A program made the translations under genes and the position numbers. This document shows, piece after piece, positions 41,418-49,906 of a stretch of DNA of 60,209 nucleotides. The DNA comes from Anaerolineae bacterium (GTDB taxonomy: Bacteria > Chloroflexota > Anaerolineae > Aggregatilineales > Phototrophicaceae): positions 1 to 60,209 of the forward strand of contig JAEUQX010000082.1 in NCBI GenBank assembly GCA_016788625.1, given 5' to 3'. Below the pieces are notes generated by a model that was not told the DNA's origin, ran no database searches, and saw nothing but the letters and a program-made list of their open reading frames with translations. Each line of letters starts with the position of its first letter. Position 1 is the first letter of the stretch.

Positions 41418-41484
41418 CCTCACCCCGCTGTGCTGCGCGTAGCTTCCCCTCTCCACTCGGTGGGGAGGCGATTGAGGGGTGGGG
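41418..41484. repeat. Family-2 repeat upstream of the GNAT gene
   Basis: cctcaccccg..gctgcgc...cccctctcc...ggggagg...ggggtgggg. Confidence 0.6.
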
Positions 41485-41539
41485 TTCTTGAGCGAAACAA
41501 AGCCTATCCAAAACTGGGGTTACTTCAACAAGAGGCCAT

Positions 41540-41995
41540 ATGCCTGCCTTGACTATCCAACTCGCTGCGCCGGATGAAATTCGTGAGATACAGGCGTTGG
41601 TCAATGCCGCCTACAGCAAGTGGATTGACGTGATCGGCGGGAAACCCAGGCCGATGACGGCGGACTACGGCACACTCATCGCTCAACAGCGCGTGTATGC
41701 CGTTCGCGAAGAAGCGGAATTGGTCGCTATCCTGGTGATGTGGCAGGAAGACGACGCGCTCTACATCGACAATCTGGCGGTTGCGCCCGCCCATCAGCAA
41801 CAGGGCATCGGTGATCGGCTGCTGTTGTTCGCTGAACAAACGGCCCGCGAGATGAACCTACCCGCGCTAACGCTGATCACGAACGAGAAGATGCTGTACA
41901 ACCAGGCATACTACCTCAAACACGGCTTCGTCGAGCTGCGGCGTGAGACGCTGGCCACTGACCGTCGTATTGTGCGGATGCAGAAGCTGTTGTAG
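41540..41995 (+). CDS. GNAT N-acetyltransferase
   Basis: PRPMTADY, LYIDNLAVAPAHQQQGIGDRLL, NQAYYLKHGF. Confidence 0.88.
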   Translation: MPALTIQLAAPDEIREIQALVNAAYSKWIDVIGGKPRPMTADYGTLIAQQRVYAVREEAELVAILVMWQEDDALYIDNLAVAPAHQQQGIGDRLLLFAEQTAREMNLPALTLITNEKMLYNQAYYLKHGFVELRRETLATDRRIVRMQKLL

Positions 41996-42033
41996 GCCTG
42001 AATAGCGTTGTCCGGTATTGGCGCTGCGGGAAG

Positions 42034-42083
42034 CCTCACCCCGTTTCGCTGCGCTCAACCGCCCCTCTCTGAGGGGAGAGGGG
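42034..42083. repeat. Family-2 repeat downstream of the GNAT gene
   Basis: cctcaccccg..gctgcgc...cccctctc...gagagggg; same orientation as the 41418 copy. Confidence 0.6.
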
Positions 42084-42132
42084 CAAATACAGCGGCGCTG
42101 AGTGCCTCATTCGGCACACTTTGCGGGAATTT

Positions 42133-42159
42133 GTAGCGACACAGCACTGCCGTGTCCCT
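42133..42159. repeat. REP-like palindrome
   Basis: gtagcgacac-agcactgcc-gtgtccct. Confidence 0.5.
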
Positions 42160-42263
42160 TGAAGGATTGGCAGGAAGCAGCACTATGCGCGCTGCGGGCC
42201 GTTGAATACCGGACAAGCCTCAAATCCGTGCTGGATGATGTGTTCTCGGTCATGTCGCGTCAT

Positions 42264-43322
42264 TTACGGCGCGCCGATGTGCCGCTGCAACCACTGGATG
42301 ATCAGCCCGGCCAGGTCGGGGCGATTCGCAAGCATGGCCGTGCCGCTGCCCGCGCTGGTGAACGGCTGCACGATGACCTCGCCCGTCGCGGCAGCCTGGA
42401 TGCTCTGCGCGGCGGCGAAGGCTGTGGCGTCGTCTTCGCTGGCGGCCAGCAGCAACGGTCGCGGGTTGAAGGCGGGCATGGCGTTGGGCAGCGCCGGGTC
42501 GCCAGTCGGACTGAGTAATACGACCGTATCGCAGAGCAGATCGCCCGCGCAGCCCAGCAGCGCCACATCCGCGCCGCGCCCCGCGCCGATCACGCCCAGG
42601 CTAGCCGGGTCGGCCTCGCCGCTGCTCAGCGCTTGCAGCAGGATGGGGAAATCGAGCAGAGGTGCGGGTTCGCGCAGCGGCATGACCAGCACTGTGAACC
42701 CGGTATCGTAGAGCTGCGCCGCGAAACCGCTCCACTCGTCGCCCGCGCCTGCCAGCAGCAGCACACCGGGCTGGCGCACATCACCGCCCTGGTACAACTG
42801 TCCGCGCAGCAGTCCCCCGTCCAGCGCCGTCACCTCCACCACGCGCACGCCAGCAGATGCAGCAGGCGTGCCCGGCGTACTGCCGACCTCCAACGGTGGC
42901 AGTGCCGCGCCGGGGGCAAGGGCAGCGGCGGTCGGGTCGTTCTGGCCTTCGTAGAACTCGTCAAAGGGGATGTCGGTTGGCTGCTGGGCGAAGAACGTCG
43001 CGGTCGGCGCGATGGTCGGCCCGCTTAGACTGGGCGAGGGCGTCACGGTCGGCGTGTCCAGCACGTCGCAGGCGGCGAGGAGGAGGAAGAGGAGTAATGA
43101 GTAACGAGTAATGAGTGATGAGGGGGAAAAGCGCAGGAGTCGCCCAAGAAGATGAGACTGGTGGGCGCTCTCAGGGTTACAGGAATGCCGTCTCCGCCCA
43201 TCAGACGCCTGGGCAGAACTCGTGCCAACGGACACGACCTGTCGTGTCCCTACAAAAGCACGCACCTCTATGTTGCCTTTGTGTCCTCTGCGCCTCTGCG
43301 GTGAATACTTCTCTTCCCTCAT
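42264..43322 (-). CDS. Lipoprotein with alpha/beta-hydrolase fold, catalytic residues apparently lost; start uncertain
   Basis: Lipobox LLLAAC, Pro/Thr-rich linker, GVLLL, VVLLSP, RPLLLAASEDD; elbow GAGRG and AGSGT in place of GxSxG and AGHGT. Confidence 0.7.
   Translation of the reverse strand: MREEKYSPQRRRGHKGNIEVRAFVGTRQVVSVGTSSAQASDGRRRHSCNPESAHQSHLLGRLLRFSPSSLITRYSLLLFLLLAACDVLDTPTVTPSPSLSGPTIAPTATFFAQQPTDIPFDEFYEGQNDPTAAALAPGAALPPLEVGSTPGTPAASAGVRVVEVTALDGGLLRGQLYQGGDVRQPGVLLLAGAGDEWSGFAAQLYDTGFTVLVMPLREPAPLLDFPILLQALSSGEADPASLGVIGAGRGADVALLGCAGDLLCDTVVLLSPTGDPALPNAMPAFNPRPLLLAASEDDATAFAAAQSIQAAATGEVIVQPFTSAGSGTAMLANRPDLAGLIIQWLQRHIGAP
43092..43122. repeat. Tandem heptamer repeat (GAGTAAT-like x4)
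   Basis: gagtaat gagtaac gagtaat gagtgat gag; inverted counterpart at 43318-43347. Confidence 0.7.
43230..43253. repeat. REP-like palindrome
   Basis: ggacacgac-ct-gtcgtgtcc followed by ctac; 9-bp perfect stem. Confidence 0.65.
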
Positions 43323-43342
43323 TACTCATTACCCATAACACA

Positions 43343-44110
43343 TTACTGCCCCACTGGCCGCGCGAAGACGATCAGCCGTTCGCAGCCATCCTCGTACACG
43401 TCCAGTTCCGGGCTGCCATGCGCCGCCATCACGCTGAAGCCTGTCAGTTGCAGCAGCAGACGCAGTTCGCTGTAGAAGAAGTAGCGGAAATCCACCGGGG
43501 CGAGCGTGCGCCGGACGGTGCCATCGCTGCTGATCTCATCGTAAATCCACTGCGTGTGCAGCATTTGCTCGGTGCGATCGAGCTGGCTGATCGAAGACTG
43601 CATCACCAGATGCCCGGATTCCGGCTCGATAAAACTCTTCTCGAAGATCATCGCGTCGCTGTCCTGCGCGGCGAACGAGTCCGCCGGGTTGGGCAGGTCG
43701 ATCACCAGCAGCCCCTCATTGCTGACCAGTGCGCGCAGGCGGCGCAGGAGTTCGATCTGCTGTGCCTGGCCGTGAAAGTGCATCAGCGCGTTATACGAGA
43801 GCAGCACGAGGTTGTACTGTCGCTCGGCCTTGTACTTCAGCACATCGCCCTGGATCAGACGGGCGTTGGGCAGGGGCTGCGCCTCCAGCTTGCGCCGCGC
43901 CCGGTCGAGCATCGCCGCTTCCAGGTCGATGCCATCCACTTCGTTGCCCGCGCGCGCCAGATGCAGCAGCACTCGTCCTGTGCCGCAGCCCACCTCGAAG
44001 ATCGGCCCGTCGTATTCGGCGGCCAGCTCGGTGTACATATCTAGATCGTCGGTCTTATCCTGATGTTCGGCGTCGTAGTAACGCGCGACAGTGACGTAAA
44101 AGCCGCTCAT
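43343..44110 (-). CDS. Class I SAM-dependent methyltransferase
   Basis: IFEVGCGTGRV motif I, GIDLEAAML, QGDV; ATG at 44110 overlaps the upstream stop. Confidence 0.9.
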   Translation of the reverse strand: MSGFYVTVARYYDAEHQDKTDDLDMYTELAAEYDGPIFEVGCGTGRVLLHLARAGNEVDGIDLEAAMLDRARRKLEAQPLPNARLIQGDVLKYKAERQYNLVLLSYNALMHFHGQAQQIELLRRLRALVSNEGLLVIDLPNPADSFAAQDSDAMIFEKSFIEPESGHLVMQSSISQLDRTEQMLHTQWIYDEISSDGTVRRTLAPVDFRYFFYSELRLLLQLTGFSVMAAHGSPELDVYEDGCERLIVFARPVGQ

Positions 44111-44886
44111 GTGCTCGTCTCCTTGCTGCGATTCAGAAAACGCTCCACCGCACGCAGATGCGGTTCGTCGGCCCACAGCGGCGGGAAGACCTCGCGCTCA
44201 AAACGCAGTGCTTCATCGTAGGGACGCGTCAGCCCCGCCTGGAGCAGCGCCTTTGTTGCGCGCACCACGTCCGGCGGCAATGTGGCGATGTGACGCGCGG
44301 TGTTCAGCGCGTGCGTCAGCGCCGTGCCCGCTTCGACCACGCGGTTGACCAACCCCATGCTGAGCAGATCGGGCGCGTGCAGGATGTGGCTGCTCAGCAA
44401 CAGGTCGAGCGCGCGGGCATAACCCACCGTTCGAAGCAGCCGCTGCCCCGCACCCCAACCCGGCGTGAGCGCCATCCGCATCTGCACGAAGCCCATGCGC
44501 GTCTTCTCGTCGGCAATCCGCAGGTCACAGGCCAGCGCCACCTCGCTACCGCCGCCCAGCGCGTAGCCGTTGATGGCGGCGATCACCGGCACAGGCAGGC
44601 GTTCCAGCGCCAGCAGCGCGTCGCCCATCAGCGTGATCATGTTCAGCGCGTCTTCGGCGGCGGGGTAGCGGCTCAATTCCACCAGGTCGCCACCGGAGCA
44701 GAACGACTGCTCACCCGCGCCCGTCAGGACGACGGCACGCAGGTCAGGGTCGGCGGCCATCTGCGCGATGTTGTCGGCCAGGGCGCGCATGGTCTCCAGG
44801 TCGAGGGCGTTGTGGGCTTCCGGGCGGTTGATAGTCAGGACGGCGACGCCATCCGTGTGTCGTTGAAAGCGTAGTTTATCGTTCAT
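44107..44886 (-). CDS. Enoyl-CoA hydratase/isomerase family protein
   Basis: LTINRPEAHNAL, FCSGGDL, PVIAAINGYALGGGSE, ACDLR, PGWGAGQRL; ATG at 44886. Confidence 0.9.
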   Translation of the reverse strand: MNDKLRFQRHTDGVAVLTINRPEAHNALDLETMRALADNIAQMAADPDLRAVVLTGAGEQSFCSGGDLVELSRYPAAEDALNMITLMGDALLALERLPVPVIAAINGYALGGGSEVALACDLRIADEKTRMGFVQMRMALTPGWGAGQRLLRTVGYARALDLLLSSHILHAPDLLSMGLVNRVVEAGTALTHALNTARHIATLPPDVVRATKALLQAGLTRPYDEALRFEREVFPPLWADEPHLRAVERFLNRSKETST

Positions 44887-44962
44887 GGATGGTAGTGTAC
44901 TTGTCGGCAGGACGATATTCAACTTCCGATCAGGACTGGCTGTGTGGGGAAAAATGCCGCTT

Positions 44963-47041
44963 TCAATTCGCGGCTCCCACGAGTGCGGCTACCCCCAACA
45001 AAATGCCACATACGGCCGAACTATACAGAAAGGGCCGCCATTTTCTGTGAGTATCCTCTGCATTGAACAGGATTCCAGATTGATCATCTTTCGCCAACGT
45101 CTGAGTGGGAAACCATATGTTTGGATTACCCACCACTGCCAGCGTAAATATAAGGAGCATGAAGAATAAAGCGGAGAGCGGCAGCGCAGTGACCAATGTG
45201 AAGAAATCTGGAGCAGCATTGGAGGCGGCCATCGACCCTCCCATTATCAGGACAAGCGCCGCCCCTAAAGCGGGCAAGAAACTGACCGATAACCGTGCGA
45301 CCTGCCGGTTTCTTGACAATCTTCGATTGAGAATATTGCCGGTTTCTATGATGATCCGCCAACCCGACCAGATACTTAATCCACCGAGCAAAATCATGAG
45401 TACCGACAGTGGTAATGCCAGATTCTGGGTGAGCAGCAGCTTGACGACACCGCCAATCACGCCACCCCCCACTACAATATGGAGGCTGCCAGCCAGGTGA
45501 ACCAGGGTGACGATTCCTTTCACACCTCTTGGCAGGATGATCGTTCCAACGGATGGGGGCAGCCCGCGCAGGTAAGAATAGTCCTGACTAAAGATCGTGC
45601 GTGCCAAATCATAAAGCTCAGCGTCTTTGTGCGTTCGATAGTCGAACCACTGCAATTTTTGCAGCTCTTCAATGTATTCGTTGGAAACAATGCTGGTCGC
45701 CAGAATAACCACAAGCCTGTTTTCGGTCGCCAGCACACGCTGTAGGAAGGCTTCATTGGAGTGATTCGTAATGATCGCAATCGTCATATCGGATGCAGCT
45801 TTATCCACCCGCTTCATCCTGTAGAGTTTCAACGCCTTCTCAATCTTATTTGCCAACCGCGAATCGACCTCGGCACACAACACATCATAGGTGGGGGGCA
45901 CTTTTTTCTGGTCTTCATCTCTCAACCGCAGTGGCGGCTCAGTTAACCGATACCATACCCATACCACAGCGCTGATCAACAGACCCACAAATGCCAATCC
46001 CGGAACGATGTTGGGCAAGAGAATCCCACCCATTCGCTTTTTCACTTCAGATTGCTCCAGGATCGTGTTCTCAACGGCATAACGTTTGAGCCAGCGCAAT
46101 ATGCTGTTGCGCAGAAATGTCAACTGGAATAAGACATAAATCCCTAGTGGGATTAACACGATAGCAGGAGATAGGAAGCTCAACAGCGTCAGCAAACGCA
46201 TTTGAGCGATCGAGAATTCGTCACGGGCGAGAAAGCTGCGGCCTCGTTTGAGCAAAATGTATCCAAAGAAGATACAAATAAGGCCAGCAACTACAGCCCC
46301 CAGATCTGGCGCGAGGAAAAATTGTACTGTAAGTAAAATGCCCGCTACGATGTTTAAGAAACCGGCCAACATAAACAGCAATGCAACAGACCAAACCGTC
46401 ATTGGAGCAGACAACTGCAATCCAAAGGAACCGGGCTTCGGAATAGTTGGTATCCCGTGGATCGCTTTGCCTTCCAGAATGTGCTTCGCCAGCAAGGACG
46501 TGCGTCTGTCAAACCAGCGACGCAAATCAATGATTTTGCGGGCATAATGAACCAGGTCCTCAAGGCTGTATTGTGTTACGTCAATGTCGTCGCTCTTGAG
46601 TTCAATCTTCCCAATATCGACCGCTTCCGAGAGCACCAGATAGATCGGTTTGTCCTGCCGCATGGCGGATTGCCACTCGTAGGCAACATTCGCAGAACGC
46701 AGTGAAGCGCGTGATACAACCAGAATCAGCCCCACACAATTCTCAAGCCCGCTGTCGATCTCCGATTTCCACTCGATGCCGGGCAGGAGCTGCTGCTGAT
46801 CAAACCAGATATCCAAACCATTTTTTCGCAGTCTATCGACAAGTTCTCGTGTGAAATAATATTCTGTACGTGAATAACTGACGAAGTATTGATGCGTCGG
46901 TTGCTGCTGATCTTGAGGTTGAGCATCTTGCTGCGGAACGGCCGCTGATGCACTCCTATCAGCCGATGGCGCAGCAGCTCCTTCATGACCTCGATTGTCG
47001 GCATCCTGCGCTTGCTCGTCGTCAGCTTTTTCGTTGTCCAT
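44963..47041 (-). CDS. TIR-domain multi-pass membrane protein (TIR-TM-degenerate TIR-TM)
   Basis: YFVSYSR, IWFD, PGIEW..EI, SANVAYEW (conserved TIR Glu); about 9 hydrophobic segments; second TIR-like block ending LQWFDYR; AT-richer than flanks. Confidence 0.82.
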   Translation of the reverse strand: MDNEKADDEQAQDADNRGHEGAAAPSADRSASAAVPQQDAQPQDQQQPTHQYFVSYSRTEYYFTRELVDRLRKNGLDIWFDQQQLLPGIEWKSEIDSGLENCVGLILVVSRASLRSANVAYEWQSAMRQDKPIYLVLSEAVDIGKIELKSDDIDVTQYSLEDLVHYARKIIDLRRWFDRRTSLLAKHILEGKAIHGIPTIPKPGSFGLQLSAPMTVWSVALLFMLAGFLNIVAGILLTVQFFLAPDLGAVVAGLICIFFGYILLKRGRSFLARDEFSIAQMRLLTLLSFLSPAIVLIPLGIYVLFQLTFLRNSILRWLKRYAVENTILEQSEVKKRMGGILLPNIVPGLAFVGLLISAVVWVWYRLTEPPLRLRDEDQKKVPPTYDVLCAEVDSRLANKIEKALKLYRMKRVDKAASDMTIAIITNHSNEAFLQRVLATENRLVVILATSIVSNEYIEELQKLQWFDYRTHKDAELYDLARTIFSQDYSYLRGLPPSVGTIILPRGVKGIVTLVHLAGSLHIVVGGGVIGGVVKLLLTQNLALPLSVLMILLGGLSIWSGWRIIIETGNILNRRLSRNRQVARLSVSFLPALGAALVLIMGGSMAASNAAPDFFTLVTALPLSALFFMLLIFTLAVVGNPNIWFPTQTLAKDDQSGILFNAEDTHRKWRPFLYSSAVCGILLGVAALVGAAN

Positions 47042-47212
47042 CTGCTTCTCCTGTTATCGTATTGGGGTTTCAGCAAGCAATAGGAAAGCGAACTCCATTT
47101 TGTAGAGTCTGCGAGAAGTATGAAACGGGTGCTCGAACGGCTTTGGGCGAAGCTGTCAGCGGGCGGAGTGAAAAAATGTCAACCGTCGAATATCGTTTTC
47201 ACGCAATATAAA

Positions 47213-47242
47213 ATCATAGCACACCCTGTGATGGGGTGCGAA
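47213..47242 (-). promoter_or_regulatory. Possible sigma70 promoter for the TIR gene
   Basis: Minus strand TTCGCA-18 nt-TATGAT with extended -10 TG. Confidence 0.4.
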
Positions 47243-47336
47243 CAAAAATAGTATGTTGCATAATGCAGGATCAGAAAAAACGGTTGGATTTCTTTCGATA
47301 ACCCACTTTTAGAAGACAGGCCCGGTCAGTGTGCCT

Positions 47337-47810
47337 TCACCGCACACCGTCGAAGGGCGGCGTGCGCTCGGCCACGTCGCGGCGAATCGTCTGAATCGCC
47401 CGCAGCGCCTCCATGCGTTCGTCGGTCGGCAGGTCGAGCGCGCTGAACTCGGCCTCGTCCAGCAGCACCACCGTACCGTTGGGGAAAACGAAGATGTCCA
47501 GCTCCAGATCATCGGCGCACACGTAGTCGTCGCCGATTTCTGCCGGGCGCGTGATGTTGCAGTACCAGCCCTTGATGCGCGTCGAGTCGCCGTCGTGCAC
47601 CTGGAAGATGTTGTACCAGCGGTCGCTGAAGAACCACTCCATGAACACATCGCCGCGCCGAAAGGTGACGAATCCCAGGTTGGATTCGAGCTTATCAAAC
47701 ACCGCGCGCAAACACACCCAGGCATCGCCCCGGTCAATGATCTCGCCCGAATACTGGTGAACCTTCACACTCTGATGGTTGCGTTTCTCGACGATGATGG
47801 TGTTGTTCAT
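47337..47810 (-). CDS. DUF402 (FomD/Ntdp-like) protein
   Basis: WFFSDRWYNIF, GWYCNITRP, DLELDIFV, LLDEAEF. Confidence 0.85.
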   Translation of the reverse strand: MNNTIIVEKRNHQSVKVHQYSGEIIDRGDAWVCLRAVFDKLESNLGFVTFRRGDVFMEWFFSDRWYNIFQVHDGDSTRIKGWYCNITRPAEIGDDYVCADDLELDIFVFPNGTVVLLDEAEFSALDLPTDERMEALRAIQTIRRDVAERTPPFDGVR

Positions 47811-47819
47811 GGCCTCGCC

Positions 47820-48488
47820 TCATGCCCTGCCTATCGTATGGACGGCCAGCAAAATACCCTCGCGCACACAAACGCGCGCCCGGCTGGCCTGAAACACGTT
47901 GCTGATGCCGCGTGCCGGGCCGAACGCCAGCGTCTCGTCGCGCAGCGGATACAGCAGATTCTCGGTATAGACGCCGTGTGCCGCCCCGCTGATCGGGATC
48001 AACGAAAGTGTATCACCGCTCTCACCCTCGATGCACATTTCGCCCGGTTTGATGAGCCAGGCCTGCTGCCGACCTGCCACAATGCGCGCATCCACACCCG
48101 CCAGCCCCGGCAGCGCCAGCAGATACACGTTCGCCAGCGTCTGATCCAGGCGGTCGCCCACTGCGGAAAATACCCGTATCCAGTCCGCGCCGTGTTCCGC
48201 CGCGTGCAGCAGCGCCAGTTCCAGGTCAGTCTCGTTCTTGGCGGGCGGGTAAGCATGAACCGCGCTGCCGCCCCGTTCCAGCGCGCGCACCTCGGCCTTG
48301 CTCAGCGAATCCAGGTCGCCGATCAGCGTATGCACGGCGCAGCCCAGGTCCGCCGCACGCCGTGCCCCGCCGTCCGCCGCGATCACCCAGGCATCCGGCG
48401 CGGACTCCAGCACACGGCGCACCATCGGGCCATCGTTCAGATCGCCGTTGGCGAAGATGAGCGCCCTTAGCGGCTTCTGCGCTTCCAA
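47820..48488 (-). CDS. thiN: Thiamine diphosphokinase
   Basis: IAADGGA, IGDLDS, KNETDLELAL, GDRLDQ, GISN; TTG start overlaps the upstream gene. Confidence 0.92.
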   Translation of the reverse strand: MEAQKPLRALIFANGDLNDGPMVRRVLESAPDAWVIAADGGARRAADLGCAVHTLIGDLDSLSKAEVRALERGGSAVHAYPPAKNETDLELALLHAAEHGADWIRVFSAVGDRLDQTLANVYLLALPGLAGVDARIVAGRQQAWLIKPGEMCIEGESGDTLSLIPISGAAHGVYTENLLYPLRDETLAFGPARGISNVFQASRARVCVREGILLAVHTIGRA

Positions 48489-49477
48489 CGTTCTTTGATT
48501 TCCAATTTGCTGATGTCCGGGATTTCCAGAAAGTCGTTCAACAGCCGCATGAAGCGCTCGTATTCCAGCATAGGGAAGTGCCGCACGCCGTCCAGAAGCT
48601 GCACCATCGTGCTCTCATCCTTGTCCGCCGTGATATAGTCCAGCACCGCATCGCTCGGCGGCCTGATGAATACATCCTCCTTGCCGTGCAGAATCACGGT
48701 CGGCATGTTCAGCAGCCAGATGCTGTCCAGCAGCCGGCCAGAATCGAACTCTTTCGCGCTGTCCTTCAGCGCGCGGTCTGCCGTCTTGGGCAGGTCGGGT
48801 TCCAGCTTGGTATAAATCGGGTCAGAACGCTTGAAGCACTTTTGCAGCAGAGCCTCACCTGTACTGCTGCTGAAGATATCCAGCAGCGGGTTATGCACGG
48901 GCTGGCGTTCTTCCTGCGTCGCCAGTTTCGGCGGCGTGACGGGGGTGTTTTCCGAACGTCCGCCGCGCGCCAGTTCGCGTTCCAGCATAGCCTGCGCGCG
49001 CATCGAGTTCGAGTTGGCAATCGTGCGGTCGTCAAACGCTTCCGGCATATTACTCGTCAGCGGCACGATGCGCCCCGGACGGTGACGGGTCTCCAATCCC
49101 GGCGGCTGGAACATTGGCGGGCTGACCAGCATCATGCGCGCGACGCGGTCGCTGTTGGCCGTCTGCCGCGCGAACTCCACCGCCACCCACGCGCCCAGGC
49201 CGTGCCCGACGAAAGCCGCTTTCGGGATGGCCATCATCTCCATGAAGTCACGCACGAGCTGCACCTGACTGCTGATGCTGTACTTCTGCTCGTTCTTGCT
49301 CGTATCTCCGAAGCCATGCAAGTCCAGGGCGTAGACGCGGTACTTGAGCTGCAAGTTCTGCATTGTTGGCACCCAGTATCGCCAGGAGCCAACCCAGCCA
49401 TGCAGCAGGATGATCGGGCGACCGCGCCCGAGGACTTCGTAATGGATGAGTTCACCGCCGATGGTAATGGCGCTCAT
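48467..49477 (-). CDS. Alpha/beta-hydrolase-fold protein lacking the nucleophile Ser
   Basis: LLHGWVGS, DLHGFGDT, elbow GHGLG (DNA GGG CAC GGC CTG GGC), HGKED, RHFPMLE. Confidence 0.85.
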   Translation of the reverse strand: MSAITIGGELIHYEVLGRGRPIILLHGWVGSWRYWVPTMQNLQLKYRVYALDLHGFGDTSKNEQKYSISSQVQLVRDFMEMMAIPKAAFVGHGLGAWVAVEFARQTANSDRVARMMLVSPPMFQPPGLETRHRPGRIVPLTSNMPEAFDDRTIANSNSMRAQAMLERELARGGRSENTPVTPPKLATQEERQPVHNPLLDIFSSSTGEALLQKCFKRSDPIYTKLEPDLPKTADRALKDSAKEFDSGRLLDSIWLLNMPTVILHGKEDVFIRPPSDAVLDYITADKDESTMVQLLDGVRHFPMLEYERFMRLLNDFLEIPDISKLEIKERWKRRSR

Positions 49478-49496
49478 AGCTGTTCCTAGCGGTGCG

Positions 49497-49877
49497 TTAG
49501 CCAGTAATACCGTATTTCTTCAGAAGATCAGCGATTTGCCGCGTCAGTTCATCCGGCGCGAACGGCTTGAGGATGTAGGCCACAGCGCCCGCCTCGATAC
49601 CCGTCTGCACCTCTTCATCCTGCCCCTTAGCGGAGAGGAAAACGACCGGGATATTGCTGATTTCCGGGTTAAGCTTCATCTGACGGCAGGCTTCGTAGCC
49701 CGTCATGCGCGGCATACGCACATCCATCATGATCAGGTCGGGCTTCACCTTCGGCGCCAGCTCCACCGCTTCAGCGCCGTTCGACGCCTGCGTGACCTGA
49801 TGCCCGGCGAAAGTCAGGGTGAAGTTAATGAGTTCGCGGATGTCGCGTTCGTCTTCCGCAACCAGAATGTGTGCCAT
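49497..49877 (-). CDS. Single-domain response regulator (CheY-like)
   Basis: ILVAEDE, IMMDVRMP (phospho-Asp), FLSAK, YILKPF. Confidence 0.93.
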   Translation of the reverse strand: MAHILVAEDERDIRELINFTLTFAGHQVTQASNGAEAVELAPKVKPDLIMMDVRMPRMTGYEACRQMKLNPEISNIPVVFLSAKGQDEEVQTGIEAGAVAYILKPFAPDELTRQIADLLKKYGITG

Positions 49878-49906
49878 AAGCGCGGCAATCCTCTCTTCAA
49901 CATTGC

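Noticed and set aside
47216-47242. CIRCE-like inverted repeat ATAGCACAC-N9-GGGTGCGAA upstream of the TIR gene
   Set aside because: 4 of 18 positions differ from TTAGCACTC-N9-GAGTGCTAA; the TAGCA half is explained by an extended -10 (TGCTA) also seen in the rpsL and rpmJ promoters; not upstream of a chaperone.
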